Shown here: piece by piece, positions 26,851 through 39,867 of the stretch | Layout: each line of letters starts with the position of its first letter | Numbering within the stretch: position 1 is the stretch's first letter | Source: Camelus ferus | Taxonomy: Eukaryota | Direction of reading: 5' to 3' | NCBI RefSeq assembly: GCF_009834535.1 | Contig: NC_045707.1 | Span: forward strand, 53,756,001-53,820,000 | DNA: 64,000 bases | Position numbers and translations under genes: made by a program | Notes under the pieces: generated by a model | The model's database searches: none | Seen by the model: only the letters and a program-made list of their open reading frames with translations | What the model was told of the DNA's origin: nothing

Positions 26851-28760
26851 CTTTTTAAATTGGAATATAGCTGGCATACAATATTACGTTAGCTTCAGGT
26901 ATATCATAGAGTGATTTGATATTTGCATAGATTATGAAATAACCGTCATAAGTCTAGTGATCATCTGTCTCCATTCAATGTCGTTATAATAGTATTGACT
27001 GTATTCTTATGCTGTATAGTACATCCTCATGGTTCATTAATTTTATAATTGGAGATATGTACCTCTTAATGGCCTTCACCTATTTCACTCACACCCCAAC
27101 CCCACTTCCCCTCTGACAATCACCAGATTGTTTCTGTATCTATGTGTCTGTTTTCATTCTGCTTTGTTTTTGTTGTTGTTTTGCTTTCAGATTCACATTT
27201 GAGTGAGATTATGTGGTATTTGTCTTTCCCTGTCTGACTTATTTCACATAGCACAGTACACTCCAGATCCATTCATGTTGTCCCAAATGGCAAGATTTCT
27301 TTTTTGTGGGTAAGCAATATTCCACTGTATGTGTATACTGTATCTTTTTAATTCATTATTACTGATGGACCCTTAGGTTGCTTCCATATCTTGGCTATTG
27401 TAAATAATGCTGTAATGAACATAGGGGTGCAAATATCTTTTCAAATGAGTGTTTTTGGTTTTCTGGGGTAAATTCCCAAGAATATATGGCAGTTCTATTT
27501 TTAACTTATTGAAGAAGTTAGTTGTTACTTGTTGTCTTTTTAATGATAGCCATTTTGACAGGTGTAAGGTAGTATCTCATTGTGGTTTTGATTTGTATTT
27601 CTCTGATGATTAGTATTATTAAGGGTCTTTTCATGTGTCTGTTGACCACTCTATGTGTCTCGATGTGCACTTAGTTCTTTTTCTGAGGTTTTGTTTTGTT
27701 CCTTCCTTGGGAACATACTATTCTGTCTCTTCATTTTGCCTAATTCTCTGTGTTTATTTTTATGTATTAGGTAGGTTGGTTACATTTCCTGATCTTGGAG
27801 AAGTGACCTTATGTAGGAGACATTCTATGGTGCCCAGCAGCATGCTCCCTTCTGGTCCCTAGAGTTATATACTCTAGGGTGGCCCTATGTAAGCTGCATA
27901 TCCCTTTCTGCTGTGGTGATGACTACTATAGGAGCACTGGTAGGCATGGCTGACCCCTGGCCTGGTTGTCTTTGAGGTTCATGCTTCATGAAGTTGCTGT
28001 GGGTCCACTGGAGAACAGGGCTGGGTCACCATGTGGCTGGCCACACAGGCCAGGGTGCTTTGGGGTTGGTGTCAGCTCACTGGAGGGTGCATAAGCCCCC
28101 ATCACTTATAGGCTAGAGGCAGGATTCCAAAATGGCGTTTGCCAGCACCACTGTCAATATGGCAAATTAGTTCCCAACTTTATCTGTTGCCAGCTTCTCC
28201 ATCCCAGCCTCTCCCTCCCCAGGGGAAGTCTCAGTTGCCTTCTGCTTCCTTGGGAGGCTCTCCAAGATCAGCAAGTGGCTCTGACTGACCCAGGCTCCTT
28301 TTAAACTACTTATTCTGCAATGGTACTTGGAGCATGTGAGATTTTCTGCATGCCTTCCGAGACAGAAGTATCTGTTTCCTATAGCTTTCTGGGTTTCCTG
28401 AATGTAAGCCCCTCCGGTTTTCAAAGCCACACATTCTGGGGATTCATCTTCCTGGTGCAGGACACCTGGATTGGGGAGCCCAATATGGGGCTGGTACCCC
28501 TTGCTCCTTGGAGAGGACCTCTGCAGTTGTGACGGTCCTCCCATTTGTGGGTCACTTACCTGGGGGATGTAGGTGCTGCCTATACCACGCCTCCTCCCCT
28601 CCTACCCACCTCACTGTGGTTCCTTCTTTATCTCTTAAGTTGTGGAAAATCTTTTCTGCTAGTCTTCATGATTCTTATAGATAATTGCTCTGTGAGTAGT
28701 TGTAACTTGGCGTGCCCATAAAAGGGGGCTAGTTCAGGGTCTTCCTACTATGCCATTTGG
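26851..28760 (-). mobile_element. L1MA-type element: 3' UTR/ORF2 end joined to a 5'-region segment
   Basis: tatttgtctttccctgtctgacttatttcacatagc...ggttgcttccatatcttggctattgtaaataatgctg; then L1 5'-type ggggagcccaatatggggct...ggacctctgcagttgtga. Confidence 0.75.
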
Positions 28761-29750
28761 CCCCTCAACATGTATCTTCCTTTTTGATGTGGGTACGCAA
28801 GTCTTTGACCCATTTTTATATGGTGTTGTCTATTTTTTTAAATAGATTTAGTGCTCAGTGTATTTTCTGGATACAAGCATTTTGTCCCTTTTATTTATTC
28901 ATCTTCTCTGAGCTTCCTTTCTGACTCTTTCATTGATGAGTTCATGAGAGTTGGATAAATCTTGGCTGGAAAGCCATACAGAACCATGAAATTTATAAAG
29001 AAAAAAGTAAAACCCTGCAATTACTTTTCCTCCCTTACCACATAATTCTTCAGGTAAGAGTTTCACTCATGGCTTCTTGAGGACAACACAACATTAGAAG
29101 AGACATTCTTTAGATTATAACTTATGAGCCCTTGCCTTAAGGAGTAGGAAAGCCAATAAAAGGAGACACTTCTTCCCTGATTTTTTTGACTTGTCATAAG
29201 AGCAGTTCTTCCTCAGAGCTCTGATTTTACCAAAGCTTTTGGAGAAGTCAGAGTTTGTTCCAAAGCAATTAACCTTGGAGGTGGTAGTGATGGAGCGATG
29301 GTAAGCATGTCATATTGTGATTTTTCCTAATGTAATGTTTTACTTATTGATTAAACATACTTATCTATATGTGCCTCTGTTAGGTGCCAGTCACAATTTT
29401 ATAGTTCTTTGAAAAGACAGAGTTTACACATGGGTCAACCATATAAATCTGAATTGGTCCTTTTATCCTCTCTGCTGTGAAAATCCTGCTTGGGGAGTTG
29501 CTGGCTGAAAGGCTGCTTGAAACTGCACTTTGATAGTGTAAGTCAGTCCTAAGATTGCTGAATCTTGAATTCTAGGCCTTCCTATTGAGTAATGCTTGTA
29601 GGGTACCTGTAATTTCCATGTGTTGGTACTGATCTTAGAACTCCTGCCGCCTATTACCAAAAGTCAGTTAATTCAAGGCCACTGAAATTAACACAGGTTG
29701 AAAGAATTTTACTAGCCGTGATTTATGGACACTGATAGCACATTTGAGCA

Positions 29751-29843
29751 ACTGATCAAGGATCATTTTTACTTCTCTTTTTCCCCATGTTTTTTCCAGG
29801 TAAGTACTATGAAGAGCCCACAAGGAAAATAAACACGGTCAGT
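29751..29843 (+). other. Candidate recursive splice site (3'SS fused to 5'SS) with a possible 38-nt RS-exon
   Basis: CTGAT branch-like motif at 29752, AG-free polypyrimidine tract, CAG|GTAAGT at 29799/29800, downstream ACG|GTCAGT at 29837/29838. Confidence 0.4.
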
Positions 29844-31434
29844 ATGGTCAATCATTGTGCCTCTGTCTTTGCCTGATAGAGATGAAACATGATATGTGAT
29901 CTAGAAGCAATATTGATTAAAAAAAATCTTGCTTTTGAAAAAAATTATTACAAGCTACAGTTAGAGGTAAAATGACTCTCACATCTGGTATAAAATTGAA
30001 CAAAAGCTCATGAGACAGGTAGGATCCTTACAAACTTTGTTTTATGGGACACTTTTAAGTCACAAAGAACCGTTACTTACAGAAAAATCTCTACATTGAT
30101 TTCTTTCTAGAATATTTATGCCTTCAAAGCCACCATGAGCCAAGTACATAAAAATAATGGAGAAACAATCTATGAGAAAAGTAAATGCTATTATCCTTTA
30201 TCTTGCAGTTTCATACAATCACGTATAAGCATCAGCCTGTAGCCTAATATTTTAAAAAGTGATTTTTACTGGTGTAGCTCTTATTCTGATGAAGTTTCTT
30301 CTGAATGACAAACCCCTGTATAGTGGGCATATGTTCTTAAACTAGTAGATAAAGCAACCTACTCAAACACAAAGAAAAGTTTATTTCTTGTCTTTAAAAA
30401 ATGAATTTAATTTTGTATGCTTCTATGACATTAAAAAATAAGATGAAAGAATTAGATTTTTAAAAGCGGGTCAACTTACTCTGAATGAATTAAAAAAATT
30501 ACTCTTTATTTTAGTCTGTATTCAAAATATTTTTTTCTGACCATTTTATTTAGAATTGAATTCTCACCTCAATAATTAATGTATAATATTTAATAAATAG
30601 TTCTTAAATAGTAACATGTTTAAGAGTTATCTTATGTAGCAGTATATTAAAATATTTAATTTTCTTACGAAAAAATGGCTGCCTTCTGTTATCTAATGCA
30701 ATGTTTTTTATATACTGCTTTCCCTCAACTCTCTTTCCTGTAATCATTTTATGTTTTATATTTTTAACCAAATCCTGTGTGCATTCAGAATGCTATTAGC
30801 CATACCATATTTTAAGGACCAAAGGCAGAAACCACTTTTTCTGTCTTTTTATTTTCTTGTCATATTATCCTTAATTTTCATAGAAATCATTTAAGCATCA
30901 TCTTAGACTTCCATCTGTAACTTTATTCCTTGTTGCAGGATTATGATTAGCTAAACGTACTATAACAAAATAACCTGGAGTTACTAAATAGGTATAAAAT
31001 CTACACGAGGCTGCAACTATAGGTGTATCAACAAATTCAGTGGATTTGCTTACTTATTAGTCACATACGAGCGTCTTTTAAGAAAAGAAACTGAAGCCAC
31101 AAAAAGATAAGCAACATTTCATGACAAAGTAAGTAGTACAGTTACTGAATGCCTGATCAACTTAGCTGCATCTACAAAGCACCCTCTGAAGTATATAGAG
31201 GCTAGAGGTCGTCCACTGAATTGCCTTCCTGTTGAGAAAATGGCGGTCATAACGTTTTGCTCTATCGCTGAGGCACACACGTCAAATAGTAGCCATAGAC
31301 AGTATCAAGGGAGATTCCGGTTGTTCAGGTAGCTATCTCAAAAAAAGATGATGACTACATTACTTATTTATTCCAAAAGTTATAAAGATGTTTCGATTGG
31401 GGGCTTTAATAAAATGGTTTCACGTTGCCCAAGC

Positions 31435-31800
31435 ATGAGGTCTGACTGTACCGTTCTTACAAGCCAAATAAGTGAGTTAATTTTAGCTAACGTTTGTTTC
31501 AATGGATGCTGGCAGAAAGTCTGAGATTCCTGGTTCAGAGATAAAGGGCCTTATCACTCAAGGCACAGAACACAGCATGAGCATCAGCATGTGAGTGTCA
31601 GTTTCTCTTGCCTCCCAAGTCCCATGGGGATGAAACAGAGGGACCCAGATAGGAGCTGTGTGTGTAGTGGGTTTGTAGAGCAGCCGAGAAACGCTAAGCT
31701 TGGGAAATCCACTGCTTTTAAGGAAAACAGTCAGCAAACTTGCTTTTTTGTCCCAGAAAGAGATATTATTTCATCTCTCACGTCTGCCCACTGCAGATGC
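31435..31800 (-). mobile_element. Old eutherian LTR (MER-type), same family as 22360-22770
   Basis: tggatgctggcagaaagtctgagattcctggttcagagataaaggg...cttgggaaatccactgcttttaa. Confidence 0.6.
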
Positions 31801-31804
31801 AACC

Positions 31805-32030
31805 TAAAATGCATCTACCCTATAATATAGTAAGTCCACTCCTAAGTATAGAACCATTAAAATTAAAAACAATTGTCTTCAAAGATACTTGTACAAGGTA
31901 TCCTTGGCATGCTATTCAAAATAGCCCCAAACTGGAAAACAAATGCATATCAACAAGACAATGCATAAATAAATTGTGGTATATTCATACCAAACAATAG
32001 TACTCAGCAATTTAAAAAGTAATGGACTAC
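31805..32030 (+). mobile_element. Old L1 fragment, truncated by the GC-rich insert
   Basis: atagccccaaactggaaaacaaatgcatatcaacaagacaatgcataaataaattgtggtatattcatac...aatggactact. Confidence 0.7.
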
Positions 32031-32300
32031 TGGCTCCCTGCCTGGGGTCAGTCCCTGCAGCCTGCGGAGCGAAGGATGTAGCCCAGGGAGCCTCCCAAAC
32101 CGCGCTGCCCCGCCTTCGGCGCTCCCCGCTGCCCTGCGGCCGCACCAAGTGGCCACCCCTCCTCCATGCTGCGGTCCACCTGCCCTCCCGTCCGTACATC
32201 TGTCCATCCTTTCGGCTAGCGGGCTGGTACACAGTGGTGCCAGATTAGTGCTTGCCGAGTGAGTGTACTCAAGGGCGACTGGACGAATGCATGAAGTTGA
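32031..32300 (+). other. CpG-rich block resembling a decaying mRNA 5' UTR/first exon (probable unidentified retrocopy); related AT-rich sequence may run to about 33850
   Basis: Abrupt jump to high GC with many CpGs directly after an L1 fragment; no recognisable ORF; no TSD found. Confidence 0.4.
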
Positions 32301-33899
32301 ACCAGCTGCTTTGCTGTTAGACACAGAGGGGGATTGTTTTGAGAGACTAAGTATTACTGTTTGGCATAGGTTGCTATTAAGTTTACAATTGACTGGTAGC
32401 TTTTATTTTTATTCGGAGAATGTTTCCTATTATACCTGGACTTTCAGATCTTTACACCTCTAGAGACGTTGTCTGTCTTTTCTTTAACTTCCTGCCTCAA
32501 TTATTTTTGTTACATGGAGTTGTATACGTGCAACAGAAATTGTGCGTGGCACTTTTACTGTGCTTTCAATAAATTTTTATGTACAACTGACCCTCTAAAG
32601 ACATGAATTCTTGGCATAATGCAGACTTTATGACATGATCTGTGAATTTATGGTTGTTTTGGTACCTACTTTGATATAACCGCTACTGCATCTAGTAAAT
32701 CCTAGGTAATTGCCTCAAAATGATTACCTCAAGAAAATTTGCATTCTGAGCGCATCAGCAGAAAGCTGAATATTTGCAATACAACACTCTTAATTTCCAT
32801 ATAGAATATGTTTTTTAAAAAGCTGATTCCTTCATTACAATGAAATAATTTTTGACAGTGGAATTTAAAGTACTTAAGGGTGTTTTATGTGTGTTTTTCT
32901 TTAAGTTGATTCTCTTAACTCAAAAAATAGAAATCCCTCATAATTAAGGTTTTTCCTTTATGAGAAAAGCAAAATCAAATTAAAATGTTGTGCATTTGAC
33001 ATAAGCTTATATTTTCTCTGTTTGATATGCCTGAATTTCATACCCAGGTACCTGACTTCCAACCTATGGAGCAAAAGAAATTTTTTTGGCTTAGGGATCT
33101 TCACTATGTTAATAAAACATACTGCAATCTTTATCGTTTTCATATTCCCTTGCATTATTATTTTGAATGTTTAATATTAAAAAGTTTTTTAAATACATGA
33201 AGAGTCGTCATCTGCTTTAAAAGTACATATGATAGAGATTTTAATTCTAAAATAATCTCAGTTTTTTATCATTTGAAGCTGACAAAACTCATGTTTAAAA
33301 TTATTCCTTTAAAAAGTGTCTTCAGCAAACAGGTATGCATCAAAGAAAAATAAATACAGTAGAGTATGCGTTTTTAGTTACAATGTGTATATATTATTAA
33401 TTCGAAAAAATGGTAATGCAAATATTTTAGAATTTATAATTCTAAATGTGTATAATTCTAAATTCTAGTCTGTAATTTCTGAAGTATACGGTTTTCAGAA
33501 GGTAAAAATGTTTCTACATGCATAATACTGTGTCACTCTGTCATTAAGCCATTGTTGTTTGTGAAATCCTCAAAGATCTGTATGATTATAACATTCACAA
33601 GTGTAAAGGACACCATATAAAAGAAACAGACATTTAAATGTCACGATATATGTGTAGAAGAGAAAGTAGGCGGCTTTGCAGAGCCTCACATACCATCCTT
33701 TATCACAAATTTTCTAACTTTATGTGTACCTTGAAATATAGGTGAGGACTCAGAACATTGCTCCTGATACCATTTTATAGGATTATAACACTTTGTATCA
33801 ACAGCTGGGAAGTTCCACCTTGTTTCTTTTGATCCATGATTAGCTTAATAAAACGGCCAACTAACAAATGCGGAACAAGCATTCTTTTCAAATGCTCAT

Positions 33900-36182
33900 G
33901 TCACCTCCAGCCCTACAGTTCCAATGGGGGCTACTCATTGGTTGAGTCTGTGATGGTTCACTGTCATGTGCCACGATCCATACATTTTTTTTTACATGGA
34001 CTTAGCTGGTGAATTAAATCAAAGTTATGAATCCTTTACGACTTTGAGGGTGGCACTAATCTGTGTCATTCCTGTTGGGATGCAATATTGTTTTTGATTT
34101 GCCATCTCGCCTTGGGATTGCAGATTCAGGAGCTTGCACTTGGCCTTTACTGCTATGATAGCTCTAACTCTGTAGAGCAAGAAACCTATGTGAGAATTAT
34201 ACCAACTATAAGGTATGCCCACTGACAATTATTTAGCAATTAGGGAAATGACCACCAAGTAGCTCTGGGTAGCTCTATGGAAACTATTGGATCCATTGTG
34301 ACACGGCATTGGGCCAGGACTCCAATTACACCTGGTGTCTACACATCTTTTATCTAACAAGGGAGAGTATGATAGTTCTTTGATGCTCTTAGGACATAAT
34401 CATATCAGAAATTGTGCCAAACCATCTTCAGAAAACAGGCATACTCTTTCTTCTGGATATCGTTATTTGAGTAAATGGCTGGAAGCCCTTTGGGGAAAGA
34501 GAGGAAGGACGATATACATTTTCCATTTGCTGAAGGAGTTTTTTGTTTATTTGACAGATTCTGATAACTGGGTCTGATAACACCGAGGTCTGGAAACTAG
34601 GCACGGGAACATGCTTTTTGGTTGTGAAATCCTACCTCAGGCTTCTGCTCATTCATTCTTGAATCTCTTTTGAATATAGACTTTGAGCAACACCTTTTGG
34701 GCAGCTCATTTAGCTCATCCCTGGGAACAAATACACACTCCATATGTATTCTGTACACGGACACCATATGGCCTCTCTGGCTGCCGCTCCAAACTGCTGA
34801 TTATTGTGGGATCTTCACCCAGTATTTTTTCTAATATTTAAAAGGGCCGCCTGTCCTCTATTATTCCTGGATCCTCTCATCCTCGCTGCTATTTTGAGCC
34901 TAGACGTGGTAACAGCATCTTCGACCATCAGCCCCAGATTATAGAGGACCACTGACACCGAGCTCCCCAGTGATTCTGCTAGAATGTCCTGCTACCGTCA
35001 CCGCAATATTCCGTACCTCCTTGATAAATGCATGTGTCCTCTGCACCATCTCAAGGGACAAAGCACCTGGTGGGTTTTCTGGTCTTACAAAATAGACTCA
35101 TTCCAGTGTCCTCCCTCCCCTGAGCCTTTTCATCTCTTGCTCCCTAATCTGTCATGGCAGTTCTGACATCTGTACTTCATTTATGTGAGACATTCTTTTT
35201 TCCCATGCGTCTGAGAACCACCCCAGCAGCAAATTAGAAGCAACTCCTGGGGCCCTTGCCAGGATGTTAATTCTCGGTCATGGGAGAGTCCTACATAACT
35301 AAGTGCTCTCTTCTCACTTTACAGTGTGGCTCCCTTGATGCTGCACCCCAGGGTCCACTTCTAGGCGTGTTCTCCAGTTCCTGCGTATACACCGTGAGCC
35401 AGACTGTGCAGCCCCTTTGGCCTAATATCCCTGTTCTCCTTTAGCAGGCTCAGCATTTTCCTTGTTAGATCTTGTTACGGATCTGATGATCAGAAGAGAG
35501 CAAGCACTGACTTCTAAGACACATGTTCCCTTTGAGGCCGTGGCGTGAATTAAAAGCAAGGGGGCAGCAGTATATTTCCAGTGGAAGATGGAACACTTCC
35601 ACAGTCAGGAAGATTCAGAAGAATTGGGGAGATCTCAAGTGCATCCACCAAACTCAGTTTCAGGGTTCAAACTGGGTTTCAGGGTTCAGATCCTTCCCTA
35701 TCAGATCTCTGATAGTGGCATGGGAGACTTCTTGCCGAAAGTGGGAGTGCATTCTTCACTGAAGTTCCACTACTGTCTCAACCAGGTCTTCCCTCTTTTG
35801 CCCTTTGACTTGGGGAGATTTTCTTCCATGCATTGAAAGAGGTTCTCTGACTCTCAAAATTTGCTTGAATTGTTAATTAGTAAATCTGAATCTGTCCTTT
35901 TGTCTCTGTTTAACAACGCCTACCCAATACCAGTCTGTGTAGTTACCATTTCCCTTCTACCTGTTAAATATCAGCGATATTGCACTGGTTAGTGCCTCCC
36001 TTTCTGCTTTGCGTTTTGCCCATTTTCACCACAAATGAGTCTTATCAATTATATTGCTCTAACATGCTTGGGATTATGGATACTCTGCCTCCCACCAGTG
36101 AGGGGATTCTCATGACCATCCGGATTTCTCTGCAGAATACCATCCTTAGATTCCACTTCTTCGAGCAATGCCTGGGGCTCAC
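33900..36182 (-). mobile_element. Decayed ERVL (HERV16/ERV3-16A3-like) internal region: gag, protease and start of RT
   Basis: ORF 34025-34228(-) WYNSHIGFLLYRVRAIIAVKAKCKLL...NQKQYCIPTGMTQISATLK matches ERVL pol (WQNPHIGSL..VRAIMVGKAKWKPL..NQKQYRIPGG..EISATIK); a GSWHMTV..HRLNQ remnant follows near 33940-33980. Confidence 0.82.
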
Positions 36183-36645
36183 TATCTTAGATCAGGTTCC
36201 CTAGAGGCAGAGACAGGGATTTTTGAGCAAGTGCCTTACCAGGGAAGTGACCTCAAGAAAAAACGAGGAAGCAGGGAAAAGGACAGGGAAGGAAAGCTAA
36301 GCAAGGATTTTGAGTGAAGACAAGCTTCATCTTGATCCCATCAGGAGAACTGGAGCCAAAATTACACCTGGAAATTGGTTCCACCTTGAGTCAAGTGCTG
36401 CCACCTGGCCTCTGCTTTTCTGGATGTCTTTAAACATTCCACGCCAATCAGTCATTGCCTGAAGGCTTCTGGGTGTGACCATGCTCCCAAGTAAGGAAGC
36501 TCTCATTTGGCCAAGGGCAGTTCTCTCTATCAGCGGGAAGTTGTGAGTCAGTATCTGCCAGTACTCCCAGCAGCTGGGGGATGAGATGTCTGGTCCAGCC
36601 CCCGGCAATGACCACCCTACCCAGTATCCACCAGCACCATCCACA
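36183..36645 (-). mobile_element. LTR16-like 5' LTR of the ERVL fragment
   Basis: tatcttagatcaggttccctagaggcagagacagggatt... and terminal ...ccatccaca (TGTGGATGG on minus); adjacent to the internal region. Confidence 0.72.
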
Positions 36646-37366
36646 GTCTTGAACCCTTAGTTCATTAATTCTTCAATAGTCCTGATAAATGTAAGTAACC
36701 AAAAAAAGAAAACAGGTGCCCAAATATTCATTTTAGGGCTTAAACTCAAAAATGGGAAATTTTCTCACTTACTATTATTTCTTCCTAAATAAGACTATTG
36801 AAAAAAAGGAGATGGGGGAAGACAAGGCTGCTTTGTATTGTCTATACAATGCTCTGCCTCAAAAATGACTATAAACTAATGGAGTTAGATACTGCACATC
36901 ACATTTTTAAAATCTGGCTTTAACAGGATGGGAATACTAATGAAAACCAACAATAAGACCCCTATCTGCTATCTGCTCACAGTTTTTCATTCTAAGTCTT
37001 GTTGCATGTATGAAACTGTAAAAATATTCCTTTCCAATTTATAAAAGGAAATTCCTTGAAGTAACATTGGAGTAACTGAATTTATTTCTGCACAAATAGA
37101 TACTATATTTATGTGTTTCACAATGCATATACATCTGGAAATATCTGCACATCTTGCTGTTAGATAAAATAGCATTGCCAAAAGGACTGCCACAACTTCC
37201 TAATATACAATTGACAGCTTATTACCAATTAAGCCAGTGAAAGAATTACTTCACTACATGATTTTGCTTCAGATTTTTATTGTTATTATTATTTTGCTAC
37301 CTTAGCTTGAAAGGTCACGTTTATATCACAAAGAAAGGAAACCCACCCGTGTCGGAAGTATTTGGC

Positions 37367-37439
37367 CCAAATTCTTTTTTTTTTTTTTTAACATTTTTCA
37401 TTGATTTATAATCGTTTTACAATGTTGTGCCAAATTCTT
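37367..37439 (-). mobile_element. Ultra-short young L1 3'-end insertion with TSD
   Basis: CCAAATTCTT + T-run + aacatttttcattgatttataatcgttttacaatgttgtg + CCAAATTCTT. Confidence 0.75.
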
Positions 37440-37619
37440 AATTGACATTCTTCAGAATGAAATTCTTACCACTTTGGAAAGTGTTTCAGCTGAGAAAATG
37501 AACACATTCTACCTTAAAAGTGGTAGGCTACAGAGGGTACCAAAATATGCAAGATAAGTTAAATAGTAAAGAAGAAGGAGGGAGGAAAGAAGGAAAAAAG
37601 AGAGGAGAGCAGAAGAGAA

Positions 37620-37820
37620 CAATTTACTGAAAGCCCACTGTATGGTGGTAATATTTCAGTTTTCATATGTTTATTTTTCTGTTTTTTGAACCTACATCTG
37701 TCATTTCATCCTCAACATGAGAGTGCAAAGTACTGTTGTTCTAATTTTACAAATGAGAAACATGGTTTAGAGAGTCACAACTATTAAACAGTGATCTGGA
37801 ATTCTCACTTGAAATTTGGA
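37620..37820 (-). mobile_element. MIR fragment
   Basis: attttacaaatgagaaacatggtttagagag. Confidence 0.55.
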
Positions 37821-38087
37821 ACTGTTCCCGCCCTGACTGCACCCTCCCCAGCCCAGGGTTTAATGATCTCAGTCGAATTCTGTCTTTACCACTTATGGCG
37901 AAGTCATATTATCTCCTTGGGCCCCACTTTCCATCTGTAAAATAACATCTGTTCCAGCTGTATCATGCAGAGGTCCTCCTTGGGACTAGCTGGGGAGAGT
38001 ACAGAGTTTTCAAGGAAGATAAAATGTACTTATTGAGTCAACAAGCTATTTTTATTAACTCCAGTTTCAAATCAACTTATACAGTAA

Positions 38088-38728
38088 TGAGACAGGATGG
38101 AAGGGGGCAGGGCACAGCCACTCAATTTAACACCAGAATGGTGGAAGATTCACCAAAATGGTAGAAGATTCACCTCCTAGCTGGCCTTGAGGATTAAGAG
38201 GTTTGACTTCTAGTAGACCTTGAGCTTCATTATATGCTCATTGTAACAGCGTGATCAAATAACATGCCCACAGGCGCCATGACAGCCCCAAGGCTAACAG
38301 CAAAAGGCCAAAGAATGGGCAGTGGCCCAATCCCTGGGAATCCCAGCGCCTTCCCCAGGGCAGTTGGAATGATCCCACCTGTAGGCGTGTGAAGCTACTG
38401 AGCCCATGAAAACTGGCAACACTGCTCTTAATGGCCCTTTTCCCTCCCTCCCCTTAGGAGATGGCCTGCACTCTGTCTATGGAGTGTGTACGTACTTTTA
38501 CTTTAACCTGAACACCCAATTCTCACACCTCTTTCTTTGCCTTTCTCTTGCCTTACACTCTATGCTGTATGTATCTCTCTAAATAAATCTACCTTTACTC
38601 AACAGTGGCTCACACTTGAATTCTTTCCTGCATGAAGCCAAGGACCCACACCTGGCAGGGCATGTCCCAGGGGCTCCAAGACCTGGGACATGGCCCTCCT
38701 CATGCCCCACATCCATTTTCCTGCAACA
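38088..38728 (+). mobile_element. Solo LTR (local family B)
   Basis: TGAGACAGGATGG...CCTGCAACA, 4-bp TSD GTAA, AATAAA near 38582. Confidence 0.88.
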
Positions 38729-39178
38729 GTAATAGTCCTTCTATAATTACTGTAATTATAGAAAGTTTATATTTTATAGAATTGTGGTTGACAACATCCT
38801 TGTACACCATTTCACAGTCACCTTGTAAAGAAAGAAACCTGGACATTGTCATCTCCATTTTACAGAGGACTGAGACATCTTTGTTTCTCTAGCCATATTT
38901 AGAAATTGATTTCAATTCTTATGCAGACATAAATCCACAAATCAGATTATCCAATGAAGACAGTACAATACTTTCTGTAAAAAGAGTATCAAAGAATTAC
39001 AAAACTTGTTATTTTGCTTGTATTTCAGCAGAATAAATCTAGAAGAAAATATTAAAACTTTACCCTCAAATGTAGTATGTTAAAAACAGAAAAATTCAGA
39101 AAACCATGAAACATTAGAAGCAAACTAAAAGTCTAGAGATGGCTGTAGGAAACCGGATGGTGACTGAAAAGTACCAAC

Positions 39179-39646
39179 TGTCGACTGAAATAAAAGCACA
39201 GCCTAGAAGTTGAGAGTTATATTTTATTTGGCAGGAGGACTCAGGCTGGGATGACAGCCTCTCAGATTGCTCTGACGGAATGCTCCGAAGAGGTAGAGGA
39301 GGGGCTAGGATATATAGGAGCTTTACAACAAAGACCAGGTAGTTGGAACAAACATTAAATGCTTACTTGTTAATTGAAGAAAACCAGACAGCTCAAGTTA
39401 AAGGATTTAGTGCTTTTCTATGTATGGGAGGGAGCAAACATTTGGGCTCATTGAATTCATTCCTTTGACAAGCATCTAGCTATCCTATGGCCAGTATCCT
39501 GTCTTTTCATATATTAAGTTCCCTCAGCATGCAAAGGCCAGGCCTCAGGCTTATCTTCACTTTTGGGGGTGGTGGCAGTGGCTGGTGACTTGATGGCTTC
39601 AGCATTCTTCGTTTACTGATACAGCTTGCAGTATTTTTCGTTGACA
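39179..39646 (-). mobile_element. Solo LTR (local family A)
   Basis: TGTCGAC...CGTTGACA, 4-bp TSD CAAC; reverse-complement homolog of 18190-18667. Confidence 0.88.
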
Positions 39647-39867
39647 CAACTAAAGGGATCAGTTACACGTAGACAGTGAGAGATCTGGGGGAATCAAAGG
39701 AGTGGGTAAAACATGGACTCTTATGTGGAGAAGTGGGGACAGAAATATCTCTGCTTAAAGGGGACATCAGGGAAAGAGAAACACTGGACCATCATCAGTG
39801 CCCTTTGCAGTTGTGGTGATGATAGTAGAGCTGGAAGTTAAGTAGTGTGAGAATATCAAGAGGTGAC

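Noticed and set aside
31912..32463. Overlapping ORFs in the GC-rich block as coding exons
   Set aside because: Stop-poor because of GC content, present on both strands, no recognisable protein.
18943..38728. Direct LTR-B pair as the two ends of one provirus
   Set aside because: Each copy has its own TSD (TTTC vs GTAA), they are 19 kb apart, and the interior is ordinary host DNA.
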